Part shown: positions 14,301 to 28,146 of the stretch, piece by piece | How the letters are laid out: every line of letters begins with the position of its first letter | How positions within the stretch are numbered: position 1 is the stretch's first letter | Assembly: GCA_030141605.1 (NCBI GenBank) | Contig: JAQGDQ010000118.1 | Coordinates: 248,001 to 312,000, forward strand | Length of the DNA: 64,000 nucleotides | Origin: Tubiluchus corallicola | Lineage: Eukaryota > Animalia > Priapulida | Reading direction: 5' to 3' | The notes under the pieces: model-generated | Told to the model about the DNA's origin: nothing | The model's database searches: none | The model's input: only the letters and a program-made list of their open reading frames with translations | Program-made: the position numbers and the translations under genes

Positions 14301-15299
14301 TGCCTCCATTACAAGATTACATACAGCAGCAGCTGCTGATCCACACACGTTATTACGATAGCGGCGCAGCAGAATTCTACCACAGATCACTTACACGTTT
14401 ATTATCCTCTCTATGCATGTGCTATGAACGTCTTGCAACACTAAACACTGAAGCCTGCACACGTAACAGCAAGCACTGCTGCTTAGATCATCACAAATAA
14501 TCATTAACAGGCTTCCGCAACTAGAGTTCTCTACATTACATTATCATTTACTCGAGCAGGGAATTCACGTGGGAACGTGTAATTCAGCACACATGATGTT
14601 CATCACGTTGAAATATTTATGCCAAGTTTTGTTGTCGTCGTGTTAGAATTTCTACAGATCGAGCAAGTAAACTTCACTTGCTTGATTTTGTAATACACAC
14701 CCAACAAAATCGAGTAGTTTAGCAGCAAGACACTTCGTCAATAAGTGCAAGCAGTTACTTAAAGAAAGGTGCATGTCTTCTGGAAAGTTACGTTTATTTC
14801 TCTCATTTGCAAAAAATGCCAGAAGGATTTATTAATAAAGCTGCAATAAGTGCCTCGTGTAATTAGTAAAATCACTTTAAAGTCGCGATCACTTCATGCT
14901 TGGGCGCTCTCATTTTGAACACCCATTCTTCTTCCAATGACGTCAGTCGCTTTGAAGAAAAGTAGCACACTATCAATCTTCGTCTAAAGTATAATAAGTT
15001 TTTACAAAAACATTAGATAGCTGATTTTGTAACATTTTTTGCGTATTAGGTAAGCTGCAGAAGTTTCAATTAGTTTAAGCCTCGCGCTCACGGAAAGTCA
15101 CGAAGTTCCCCAGTTACATGAAACTTTCAAACGTATGGCGGTAACCGCAATGGTTGAAAATTTCTATTCAGAGGTAGTATTGTAGAATTGAGGTAGTATT
15201 GTAGATTTATTCTTTATAGAAAGTTTTATGCAAATTTCTTTGTTATGTTCTTCTAAGTTTAAGTGATAACGATAAGTGATGACTTGTTCTTTCCTTTAA

Positions 15300-15829
15300 A
15301 GGAAATCTGGAGCCAATCTTAAAATGTAGATCAAAACAATATACTCTTTAAAATATTGAAAGAGGACATGCTATTTTTTCAAGAATGATGGGCACAAACG
15401 CTTGCATTTTGGAAATGAGTTGCACATAAAACAAGCACTGTACCTCTCAGCCCAGAAGTGCTCGTTTGTGACGTAGTGCACACGCATTCGAGAGCTTATG
15501 CGTGATCACAGCGTTAAATTTTAAATTTGAATTTTTATCTTAAACCTTGTTGACTTTTAGTATAACACACTGTATCTCCTACAGTAGCACTGTACTTCAA
15601 TTTTTGCTTTTGCAAACACGTGCTACACACTAATAGAATGATTTTGCTGTTGAAAATTATGTTCATTTGTGATGTCATCAATAGTTGTGCTCGCCCGCAG
15701 CTTAACTAAGATTTTAATCTATTATTTAATTATCAGAATTGCTTTTGCGGAATTATTGGTGTTAAACTGTATATACTTTTTACTGTACTTCAAAATGGGG
15801 TAGGATATGAAAAATCATTCTGTTTTCCT
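15300..15829. mobile_element. Kolobok-like non-autonomous DNA transposon
   Basis: TTAA flanks both ends (15296-15299 and 15830-15833). Termini AGGAAATCTGGA and (reverse complement) AGGAAAACAGAA. TTAA plus AGG ends are typical of Kolobok/T2 MITEs. Confidence 0.6.
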
Positions 15830-15857
15830 TTAAAGAAAAAAATGTCAATTAATATCA

Positions 15858-16250
15858 ATAATACGTATTCCTCGTTTTCCAGTTGTACCCATGAATCATT
15901 TTACAGAATACAAGCAAATAAGTTGACACAGACTCTTCAAAATTTATAGGAAGTTTGCCCCATTATGTCCAAAACTCCAACGAAAATGTATTTCAACATC
16001 AGTCGTGCAGTAAATTTTTTGCTTCACAGGTTTAATCAAACAATCAATCAGTCAGTCAAGTAATCGATCAAATCAATCAATCGCTCAATCAATAATGCGT
16101 ATTCCTCATCTCTTCTAGTTCTACCAATGAATCACTTTATAGAATACAAACAAGTTGATACAGGCTCCCCAAAATTTATGGGAAATTTACCTCCTTATGT
16201 TCATAACTCCAAATAAAATTTATTTCACCAGTGCAATAATTTTTTTGCTG
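15858..16250. repeat. Diverged direct duplication of ~165 bp separated by a (TCAA)n tract
   Basis: 15858-16023 aligns by eye with 16091-16250. Confidence 0.85.
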
Positions 16251-17504
16251 GACATGTGATATCCAATAAAAACCGTATGTAACGGCCAAGCAACTTTTTT
16301 CAGCCGATTTTTTTATAGACGAAATGCTGACAATGAATAAAAAACACAAACATAATCTTTATTTCATTACAAGGTAAGTAACAGACACACTGCACGAAAT
16401 ACAGAAAAACTAACTTAAAAATATTGCGAAGAAAGAGCCGTAGGAGGCCAAAATTTATGTTATTGATACTGATAGCTGCCTTAGTTATTTTCGGTGGCAT
16501 TGAACCACTGAACTGTGCATCGAATGAATGTATAAGAAAAAAGTGCTTCTAATAATACACTAAAAACTTGCGTATTCACGTCAGTTAGGGATCCAAAAAG
16601 AAAAAGATGTTAAAACGTGTGAAGCGTTTTGCTAGCCACTTGTGTTCAAAAATGGGCGGACTTTGATTGTAGAGGAATGCACAGAAAAATACAATTTGTA
16701 CATTGATCTAACAAAAATCGTAACGTGTCATGGCCATCCAAGAGATCCACAATTGCCTTTCGATTTTCTCGATTGGGAGTTCTGTTTTCTTCATTTTGTT
16801 TGCTAGGGCGTGAATAGTTGAGCTTTCACTCTTTCGATAAAAATCACGTGCACACATTGTTTGAACATAACAACAGTTGTGAGCGAACGAAAATATTACT
16901 GCATGTTCTGATGCGTACATTTTCCTGATGATTTTTAGCGGTGCGCTAATTTAAACTGCAGGCGTATTTGCCTCTTCATTTTTAAATAAAACATTTAGAA
17001 TAGTTTAAACTATTTTAGCTATAGCTTCAACTTGTTTCAGTCAAATTATTGCGATTTGATTGCACAGATTTGCTTTAAAGTCAAACTAAACCCTCACTGT
17101 AATATAAGCTTTTACAACTTAAATACCTGCTCTCAATTTATTTATCATAAACTTACTGCAAAGCTTGTTTCTTTTGATTTTTATCGCTTCGTTGTTAGCA
17201 GTATTAAATTTGAAGAACCACCATTTTTCGTTGGGCGAGACTAATGACGTTATGAGTACACTCACGAAGTCACCAAAGATCGGTAAACAAACATGGGTAA
17301 CCAAAGACGTTTTCTGCACTACGTATGTCATTCTCGCTCGCTCGCGGAAGACGCGAAACATGGCAATCTTTACGGCAATGAACGCGTTCGAAATTGCCAG
17401 AAAAAGGCAAGTTGCAAGTCTCTTTTGTTTAATCATCCTTTCGAATTCTTTGTGTAATCATAATAACTAGCCAAACCCCACAAAAAGAATTTTGTGCACA
17501 AATC

Positions 17505-18062
17505 AACACACAACCCACACCACACCACTCCACCTCATCACACCACACTGCACCACACCATACCACTCCACCTCATCGCACCACACAATACCACCACACC
17601 GCACCACACCATACCACCTACACACCACACCACTCACACCATACCACTCCACCACATCACACCACACTGCACCACACCATACCACTGCACCACCCACCCG
17701 CCTACACACCACACCATACCACTCCACCACATCACACCACATCGCACCACACCATACCACTGCAGCACACCGCACCACCCACACACCACACCACCCACAC
17801 CATACCACTCCACCACATCACACCACACCGCACCACACCATACCACTGCAGCACACCGCACCACCCAAACACCACACCACACCACCCACACCATACGACT
17901 CCACCACATCACACCACACTGCACCACAACACCCACCCACCCACACACCACGCCACCCACTCCATACCACACTACCCACCCCACACACCCTATCACCCCA
18001 CCACACCATCCATAGCACAACACACAAAGCACACCACCACCACACCACATCAAATCCACCAC
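17505..18062. repeat. CACCA-based complex minisatellite with higher-order units
   Basis: The block caccataccactccaccacatcacaccacac recurs several times, and the + strand is almost purely C/A. Confidence 0.95.
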
Positions 18063-18471
18063 CTCACGTGGTGATCATGATGTTGATGATGATGATGATG
18101 ATGGTGGCAACGATGACGACACCTATAGCACAAGCACCAACAGCACAGCATTACAACAAAACCATTCCAAACATTTTTCACAAAGTTGAAACTATGTGCT
18201 ATAATATAATAAATAGCAAAGGCCCCGCAAAAGATTTTGCGTATAAATACACGTGTAATCAATAATACGCGAACATCCTACCTAGTCCACATTTATAACG
18301 CAAAGCCCGTAACATCATGCCTACTGTTTGTTTAACTAACGCAAAGCCTGTAGCAGCTTTTTGCTGAATTAAAGCTATAAGATTATAGACAGAGTACAAT
18401 GGATGACGTCACAACAATGCCTTTGCGTCAGCCGTTTTCTAAGTGAAAATTGCCGAAAATAGAACTCCTAA

Positions 18472-19024
18472 CTAACTCGTCGGTACTCCTCTCGGTGGAC
18501 CTGCCCTAACATATATCCCACATCATCGTGTAGCCCCGTTCTTCCTCTTTCTGATGAGCTATATATCTCCTTCCGAGAGTCCCACCGGGCGCCGCTAGAA
18601 CGTTTTTCCCGCATGCTGTTTGGTCAAAATTTCGAAAAAGTCGCGAGTTGGGTCCGGAAAAACGCCCGTTGCGGGGCGCCCTGGCCCTCTCTGGAATTCT
18701 AAATATGCCTACTACACCCACCGCTGAACGGGCTATCTATCCATACCCAGCACCCCCCTCAGCCCGTTCCCGTTCTCTACATCTCAGCCGTATAACTTTT
18801 ACAAAAAACGGCCGAAAAAGGGCCATTTTTGGAGGTTTTTCGCCCCCCGTTCCTCCCGGTGGGCCCCATTCGAAAAATAAACCATCAATGGCACGACACT
18901 AGATCGAGACCTTTCGTTTGATATATAGATCGCCGCAAATGGTGCTCTCGTCCGGGCTGTAGCCTCGAATCTTATATATATATAAATAAATATATATATA
19001 TACCAAGAATATTAATATAAGAGA
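18472..19024 (-). mobile_element. Non-autonomous Helitron-like element
   Basis: On the minus strand it starts A|TC, has a (TA)n tract near the 5' end and a GC-rich body. An imperfect subterminal hairpin (ggtccacc-gaga-ggagtacc) lies ~11 nt before the end TTAG|T. No TSD; the terminus is TTAG rather than canonical CTAG. Confidence 0.6.
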
Positions 19025-20229
19025 TGGGTTTAAAAACTACAATGTCTGTTGGTGTTATATAGGCCTTTAAAAGCTTTTATGCTGATGGAACTCAGATATT
19101 AATTTACTGCATCACTGTCACAGAAACATTTTTATATTCTCTGCTTCTTTCCTACAAAACGTCAAACGTCATTTAAAACAAATCTGTCAATCTCTGTGCA
19201 ATAAATAATAGCGTACTGCGCATACAGACCAGTGAGTGTAGACCATGCAGACCTACCATAACAATTAACGCCGAGAAAGCGCAAGAGTTAGATGTTTACT
19301 ACGCTGGTGAACATGCACCAAACGAAGCGAGTAATTGTCACTTTTTCCGTGTACATTCTATAAATATTACACCCAAGGTGTCAAATCCTGAACCTGAATC
19401 CGTCCCTTCCTGTAGAATACAAATAATGTGAGCATTGTAATTTTCATCCCTGGTGCACATCACGTCTGTGTAATTCGACCAGATAATGCGCGCGAAGGAA
19501 TTTCACAGTGAACAAATTCCAAGCTTGCGCTCGCAGAAAAACAAGCGGCGCGTGTATGCCGTGTAGTGGAGGGTTAAGAGTTTTATACCAGTCACTGGTA
19601 ATCAATTACTTGAACTGGATTTCTGAATCACTCAATAAATATTAGAGGACTGACAGCGCTGGCTGAAACCTAGCGTACAGACAGGCAGCTAAGTACCTAA
19701 CTGACAGGGCTTCCTTGCTGCGGCCGGCAAAGTGTCAATATTTAATTGAGATGTTTTCACGTCTATGCACAGAGGAGGAATTAGTTAAATGAGTTAAACA
19801 ATGAAGGTTTTAAAAACTTACGAGCTATCATGTCTTATTAAACCTACCATAGTTATAAACTAGTTGATAATGAAGCACGAAATAGGTGAGCCGTGATCGT
19901 GTAAAATTTACCATATTTTTTGCACAAAAGAGATTGATCCCTGGTATTCAGCCTTGGTCTAGAAAATCACGACATACGATTTTTATAGAAAAAATGGAAG
20001 CCATTGTTTCAACAGAGCACATTTTGGATCTGGCAAGAAGTGCGGAAACCCCAAGGGTTGGTCATGTTGCTGTCGTTGTTGTCATATTTATCGTTGCTGC
20101 ACATTTATCTTTGAAAGCTATCGCAGGCTACAGTTTTCATCGTAGAAGGCTGAAATTTTGCAAGAAGAGATAAATAACAACTCACTTAAACTGCAACATC
20201 ATTTTTTTTCTAAAAAAAACATTTGGTCA

Positions 20230-20590
20230 TTTTTTTCTAATAACATGTTCCGTTTGGCACAGTTTACCAGAAACTGTAGATGATGCACCATTGGTAGAAG
20301 TTCAAAATGCAAACCTCTTTAAACAGCGATTGAAAAATTGAAATGTGTCAATCTAAATGCGTTCTTAGTATTTAACGTGCATATGTCAGAAGCGTTTGCT
20401 CTTTGTGTCTCACCTACACCGCTCCTCATTATTACGTTGCTTTTTTGCGTGTATACACGTTAACGTGTGTTATATGTTTTTAGATGATGCTACAACTTCC
20501 TCACTGACATATATGCGTATGTATATGTTTATATTTTAATGTATATTGCTTATTTTTTATAAAGTATGTAAACTAAACTACACTAAAACT
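20230..20590 (+). mobile_element. Degenerate CR1/L2-group LINE 3' remnant
   Basis: Translates WHSLPETVDDAP...NLFKQRLK, like the WNxLP...FKxRL ORF2 C-terminus, and ends in a (TAAAC)n-like tail. Confidence 0.55.
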
Positions 20591-23500
20591 ACTGACCGGT
20601 GATTACTGCACAGACTGTAATGGAGTCCAATTTTTCAGCTTCTTAAGAGGACCCAGTAAACGTCGTGGTGTTTTTCATTTTAATGTACAAATGGACTTGC
20701 AACAACATTTGTACTTGCAACAACAGTGTGTATTCTAATTTCTACGAAAAACTGATTTCATGACAAAATTGACAATGGTGTCAATTCGCTTCCGATAATT
20801 TTCTATTGCAATCCATTAACCTTATAGACTAGGACAGGCCGGGACAAAATACTGCACTGTTTCTTTAGGGACACCATGTATTTGTTCTCATAATTACGTA
20901 ACTCTTAAACGTTCCAAGAGCTTTCGTATAACAACCCTAAAAATATCAAAACAAGTTCCTGGATGACATTTCACTGTGGCGTGTGTTCGAGTAGTCAAAA
21001 ACTTGAACAAGTAATTTACAACTGGTAATCCTTACTTTTTCGAATTAGTAGCAGATAAAAGCATCGAGTTAACATTAGCACGCGATTAGTCAGTAATTAG
21101 TAGTTTATTTGCAAGCGCGTACTAGTTTTCATCACTTCATTAGTCTGAAGGATTCAATTCAATTTGCGATGAAGTCTTGGACCCGAGTTAGATTTACTCA
21201 AACGCTTTTACCACAAACTCGGAAAGAATGTTTTTCAAGCAAGCTAACAGACAACAATAACGATGACTGGAAAGAGAAGTGTAAACAAAGACAACAGCAG
21301 ATAACTAGAGACAGCGGAAGAACGAGCAACTCGCTAGCTTCTGCGCGAAAATTTACACGCCGGTTTCACAGCTGGCTGAAAAAACAAACTGCAACAAGCG
21401 TTTAAAGCTCTCTCATACACACGTGTTGTCAGAGTCAACATAGCTCACGCTAGCGAGGCTAAATCTAAGGTAACATCATAAATGTGTACTAAGAGTAACC
21501 TCAAGACAAATTCTTGTGTAGCCCAAAACCAGATCAATTTTTTCGTGTCATGTAGACCTACGAGGCTAACAATATTACAATATTATTATTACTATTATTA
21601 TTATTATATATATATATATATATATATATAGTATATATATGACAATTTTAATCAGGAATACATCTTATTAAATGTTTAGCATGTGTTACTTCGTAGTCTA
21701 TATCATACATGTATGTTATAGCGTCTACGAAGTAACACGTGCTATTATGCTAAGTATATATACAGGGTTTCTAACTTCCTATAAAGAATTTTAACAATAA
21801 TTCCGAAAGTTTTGCTTTTGTACACAATATAAAGAATAAGCAAGTCAATTGCAACATACCAAGTGCCTACCAAATTCACAATGCCTCACTGAGATCACCT
21901 CTACTTGGTTACTGATAACTGAATAGAAAATTAATAATATAATTATAATAATGATGATGCCGATGATGATAATGACAATGATGATGATGATCATAATAAT
22001 AACAATAACAATAGTGATAAATAGTCGTACATCTTGACTACCAATTCTTTCAAGTTTCACATTAATAAAATTTAAAGTTGTAAACACATTTTGCAGACAC
22101 CAACAAAACAAACAATAATTAGTGGTCGAATGATGATAAAGGCAGAAAAAAAGATCTACAAAAGCAACTGATTATTCCGCAAAAAACTAAAAGCAATCGC
22201 TGTTGATATGCGTTTTAAAAGACTAAACTGGGCCAATTAAACAAATACAACTAAAAGTTCTGAATGACATTCAACTATCGTGAATTCCTGATAGCTCGCT
22301 ACTCCGCGCGCACCTTTTCCTGCCTCTCAACCTGCTACTGAACAATGTTATCGAACAGGTGTACAAAAACTTCACATACCACTTGCGATAAATTCTCATT
22401 CATCAAAATATGTTAAAATATGGAGGTGGCAAGTTCACTGCGATCATGAAAACAACATGATTTCTTCACGTAAAACAGTAATTATTGCACACTTAACGTA
22501 CGTTATAAATGGCTCACTTTTCCCTTTTAAATTTTTAAGTATGTTCGCTTGCTGATCCTTTCGTTCCGTACGTAAATAGTTAAAGTGTACAAACAGTGCA
22601 ATTATATTTATTTTTCACTGGTTAGAATGATACTAACGTTGTTCATTAACAATAATTTTAATTGTACAAAGTACAGTGAGCTTACCTCACTATTTGCTGT
22701 TAAAATGTGGATGTATACGGTAATTTCTGAACGTGTAACGAGCAGTTTTTGTATATAGTATTACTAAAGTTCATTACAAAGCGCAAAGTGATTTACTAAA
22801 TATTTGTTAGTTACAGTACTATATTTATTTACGTCACGTACGAAAATTAATACTTCTGAAATCTATCGGCTGTGAGTGGTGAAGTCGTGGGTACTACGAC
22901 ATTCTGGATTTGACAATCGTTTTGTGCTTTTAGTATTTAATTATGAATCTATACTGTAGCATACATTCCCAGTAAATGTTAGTGACCACTACCAATAAGA
23001 TCAGTAAGAGAGAAAGTTCACACCCACTCTCAACTGGATACTGAGCACATTACCTTGAATGCTCTGTGCTCGTTAGCACACCGTAAATTTTAAACAGGAA
23101 ATTTACACTCTAATGTTCACAATACCGCTATTTTGATGAAGGCGACGGATAACATGAAGACCACTGGTCACACAAATGATCGCACGTGTCGCACATAATT
23201 TGCACAGTCCTTCGTAATTAGTTTGTACAAATGTACACAGTTTACAAACATGCAAACTTGTCTTTAAAATATTAGGCAAAAAATAATAATTTGCATATGG
23301 CAAATTATCAGAAATTATCAATGTGAGCATCATTAAGCTTCAGGTTTTGATACGGACTAATTTAATGTCAAGCTACTTGCCCTATTTTCTGTCATAATCA
23401 GCGCAAAAATGCACTTGAATATGACTCGTTTTTACATACAATTAAACACTAAACATGAAATTCATATTATAATTAGATATACGTCTGCAAATTACTTGCA

Positions 23501-23772
23501 CATAGAAGAAAAACCAGCACGAATTCAATCAAACCATTCGTCGCCTGGCTCACTTTACCACGACATTTTTTACTGCTTGAATTCACTTCAAAGAGCTCAC
23601 TTGGAATTCACTGATAAAATAGAATTATTTTCTGGCCAGGCAAACAAGCAAAGTTTTGTTTTTGTTTTAAACAACTCGTACTTCATTGAGGTATAACGGC
23701 AAAGTTAACTGCGACAGCAATAGAGGTACTCTTGTACAGGTACCAGCGGCAAACTTATCAAGTAGCCTATTT

Positions 23773-24125
23773 CATAACATAACATAACATAACATAACAT
23801 AAGATAACATAATTTATTATCACCTACAAAGAAATCAAAAAGTGCGTGTAACAAAATTTTACAGTACGTCTTCCACGTATAAAATTTTAAAGTCACGCAT
23901 CACGATTAGTAATACAGTTACAGTTAATTACAAATTCATTATTTGGTGAGATGGGGTATAGATACCTTTCAAAATTGTTCATTAGGTCCCCGTCTTTACG
24001 AACAGGTATGTCAGAGTAAATGTTCATAATACCGACCATATGACTGTCTAGTCTATTTTTGAAAGAATTTACATTAGTTGCTGAAACTACAATCGATTCC
24101 ATACATTAATAAACGTCAGAGCAAA
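23773..24125 (-). mobile_element. CR1-group LINE 3' remnant
   Basis: Minus strand gives INVWN.../VVSATNVNSFKNRLDSH, then AATAAA (23813-23818) and a (TTATG)n tail. Confidence 0.75.
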
Positions 24126-27100
24126 AACGTTACACGAGTTCCATATTGCTCTGAGTTCTTGGCATTCTATACAGTTCAAGAATGTTTCCACGAGTTAAGG
24201 GGACGAATGTCGCGTCGGAAGCGAAGAATAGATCAAAGTCTACAGTTACTATACCGTGGACAACTTTCGTATAAAAACTCCGGCTCCAGAGTTAACAGTA
24301 ACTTACGATAACTGGCACAATAAAGGCCGAGTGGCCATTCTCACTGCTTATACATCTTAGTTTGGAATGTTAGACGTATAGAGCTAATGTTACTAGAGTT
24401 AGTACTAGTAGTGTACAGCCACATGTTGCTGGCAGATTAAACACAACTTCATAGTCAGACTAACAACAGCTGGAAACCATCACGCCAACTCGCAACAGAT
24501 TCCATAACAACTGTTACGGCCGACTCTAGCTTCAGTGTGCCAGTGGTAAAAATATAAACCTCCCGCAGATTACGTAACTATCATACCCCACGGCTAGTAT
24601 TGCACCACTGTAACTAAAACTCAAACTGATATAATCGATTGCATTTAACTACAAAAAACGAGACTGTCTTCTAAAAGCATTCTCCGTACGCAATTCTTGG
24701 GTGTGCCACCACAGTCAGTCAGAGTCACCCTATCAAATGAAAATTAGCTGTCACTCCCAAACACTCTACCGAATGAAAAGTGTGGTGGTACCAAAGTGGC
24801 ACTGATGTTCACAGATATTATTTCTAAAAACAGAAAGATCGTATATGCGGCTTTGTCGAATTAGCATCTACAGGTAGCCAAACGATTGTCTGTTTACAAT
24901 TCTGAAGATTCGGAAGCAACGTAATTAAAGTTTGAATGTTTATGGTCAAAGACTTTTAAATCATTTATTCAAACGAGGTAAGGACATGCTTTTTGTGTTC
25001 ATTAAAATAATATAGGATATAACGTCATGAAAAGTAAACAGCAGTAATAAACAACAGCCGTATTGATTTACCTATAAAATACTAAAAACAGTAAACACTA
25101 AAAAAGAAACAATTTAGTTCGAAAGGTGAGCAACAAACCTTAAAATGTTTCTTGAGAAAGTCAACAAACCTAACAAGAGAGATATGCTCAAAAACAAGCC
25201 TAAAATCCCTACCCCTCTTGAGACTATGTATTATCCGAAAGTTGCCAAATTCTAGTTTGACCTACCGCAGCAGTGAAATAAACTTGTGTGTCAATCAGTT
25301 TTTAAAACTCGAACAGCAGACAGCCATTTTAAATTTAATAAATTTAAAGTGAACCTGGCAGAGCCAAAAGGTACTCCATTTTTTATTTCTTCTATAAGTC
25401 TATGAATAGCAAAAAAACTGATTCCAGTATTCCAGACAGATATCCCGAACGCTTAATAACAACCAAAAAGTAGTGAAAGCGACCTCTAACAATATCTGCT
25501 TACAGCGTCGTTAAAAGCGCCCTTCAACGACCTGTCGTTTTGTACATTGTGCTCATAACAACCGTTATATTATAAGTGCCTCACACAATAAAGCTGGCTA
25601 TTGTGCGCCGTTTCAAAACTACGTTTTCCCGATACACCTACCCTTGCCACGAAAGTATATAAGCGCAACGATTTTCAATGGCACTCTCGGGGATTCTAGG
25701 GCAATCTTACAAGCACGTTACATTTGACGAATTTGCGTACTTTATGAATCTCACACAAGATCAGATACCTGTTATGTCTATCACTGTTTCGTGAAATATT
25801 TATATACAAGCCTATAGAATGAACAGTGACAATTACTTGTACAGACTCAGACTAAAATGTCATCAATTATTATGTAAGTTACACTAGATAATAACTCAAC
25901 ACTATAACTCTGCAATACTCTATACTCTTAACACTTGTAGGAAACTCTAAGCTAATGAACAGTGACGCTATGATGTTTACATAAACAAGTTCCAACAGTT
26001 CCTAGTTTTGCAGCTAGTAAAACTTAAACCTAAAATCAAATGAATTATTATTATTATTATACTTTTTATTTCAGCCCAAAAAGTCCCATGTACAAACATT
26101 TACATAATTACTTATAAAACTGACATCCAGAATTCACAATGTTAACAGCATACGTGTTATTTTAAAACAGCAGTCTATTTCTAAGGCTTTGTGCAGATTT
26201 TCTACGCAAATTAACAAATTGTGATAGAGTAGAATCATTAGAATTGATTTGATGGGCAGTTTTTTACAATTATTAATTTTCGCATACGTTCGTATGTTAT
26301 TTGTTTATTCATTTATTTCTTGTTATTTACAAATCTATTGCATTTAGTAAAAAATAATGCATATCAACAAACTGCGTAAGGAACAGCACTTTACATGTGA
26401 TCGCTGCTCAAGATTCAGCCACCGCGTGGTAACGATTGAACGTAATCGCATTTAAAATAGAATATCGAGCTAGTGTTTATTTCTAAAATCGTGTAGTATC
26501 ACCGTAATAAAAACAAACATTTCGTAGTAAGCAGTTAATATTCGATTTAAACGTGCTGGAGCAGCCGAGGTGATACTAATGATGCCAACCTAATTCTCTC
26601 GGCGCAGTTCGTTCCAAATCACGCATAGCCGGATAACCAGTACGAGTATTGTAACAGAAATTATCCTTTACACTCATGTAAACGCCGCGCACAGCAGCTA
26701 CAGTCTGTTCTAGGCTGTCAGTCAGCCCTATTGACTAGGATCAATGGCCATGTGCTGTTCACATACGGTAGTATGGTACCGGGTCATACATTCACTCTTA
26801 AGCTTTGCTGATAAGTAAAGCACGCGAAATATGTCATTTTATTAAACATAGATTCTACAACTGTACAGCATGCAATGCAGCATATGCAATGTTGACATCA
26901 CTGTGTATCACTTTTCAAAACACTTAATGAAGGGTCAGTTTCAGGATCTAGCATCAGGGTATACTGTCACAACTCATTTTTACGCAAGTGATCTGTCTAG
27001 CTTACCAACTCGGATGTAACAAACTTATTTAACGCTGAAATGAAACTCTAGTATTGATTTTTTAAACCAACTAGGATCTTTGGATTAAGTCCAATACAAT

Positions 27101-27428
27101 GACCACCAGACTATACAACCCCTTGTAATTTTAACAAGTTTTAATTAATTCAGCCTATTAGCTCGCCAACCAATTCAACATTTATCGTGTCGTTTGCTCA
27201 CACTAAAAAGTACCAATTACATTGATTTTACGCAATTAATTTAAAGTTTCAAAGATTCGTGGCTAATAAATTTAATTTATTTGCTATTAATTTCAAGTTT
27301 ATTCAATATCGAATGAACCATAATTATTAAACTTTTAAAAACTAACTTGGTTGAAAGAAATGACTTTTAATAATAAAAAGCAGCACATCCTTTCCAAAAA
27401 ATGAGAAAACTGAGCGATACCTCTAGAC

Positions 27429-28146
27429 CAGTGGTTCCCAACCGGGAGTACGGGTACCCCCTGGGGGTACGCAACAGCAATGCCAGGGGTACGCAGAAGG
27501 TGTGTCAGATCGACACATTTTTTTCTTTCTTTAGCCGGTGAAAAGGGTAAAATACACCAAGTTGCAGCATCGCGATATTCTTTCTACAGGTTAGGCAATA
27601 TTTCATAAACAATATCATTCCTGCGCAGTGCGCTAGACAATACTTTTACCCGCCCACGAAAAGCTTATATTTTGTTGCTTTGTTTGTGCTGTATTTGGCT
27701 TTCGAGGTGTTGGTTCCATTTGTGACAACATACAAATGTGAGCTAGGCTGTGCAATGCTACATTTGAAGACGAAGGCAAGAGACCGTTTGGATTTGAGGA
27801 GCGACATTCGAGTCGCAATATCAACAATTAAACCTGATATCAAAAAACTTGTTGATAATCATCAAGAACAGCGTGCGCATTAATTATGACTGCTGTGAAG
27901 ATCGCGTTTCCTTGTATTGATGTTTTCATATTCGAGAAAGTTGTTCAAATTACGTATTTCTTAATAATCAGTGATAAAATTCATGTTTTCAAAAAAAGTT
28001 GAAATAAAAAAATGTCGATAAAATTAATCGTTGTTTTCTGGAAACTGGTTTTTCAAACGATTTGTTGAAAAATATCAGGTGGGGGTACGCTGAAGATCAC
28101 CACATTTAGAAGGGGTACTTGGCAAGGAAAAGGTTGGGAACCACTG
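27429..28146 (+). mobile_element. hAT Charlie/Buster-type internally deleted element with transposase C-terminal remnant
   Basis: Perfect 15-bp TIR CAGTGGTTCCCAACC and perfect 8-bp TSD CTCTAGAC (27421-27428, 28147-28154). ORF 27680..27883 (PFVTTYKCELG...KTKARDRLD...DIRVAIS...QEQRAH) matches the Buster transposase C-terminus. Confidence 0.95.

Noticed and set aside
17492-18265. Long His/Thr/Pro-rich and Val/Trp/Cys/Gly-rich ORFs
   Set aside because: They are open in several frames on both strands because of the CACCA satellite, so they are not credible genes.
19264-19577. piggyBac-like element ending GGGTTAA
   Set aside because: Only one credible terminus; no matching TTAACCC end found.
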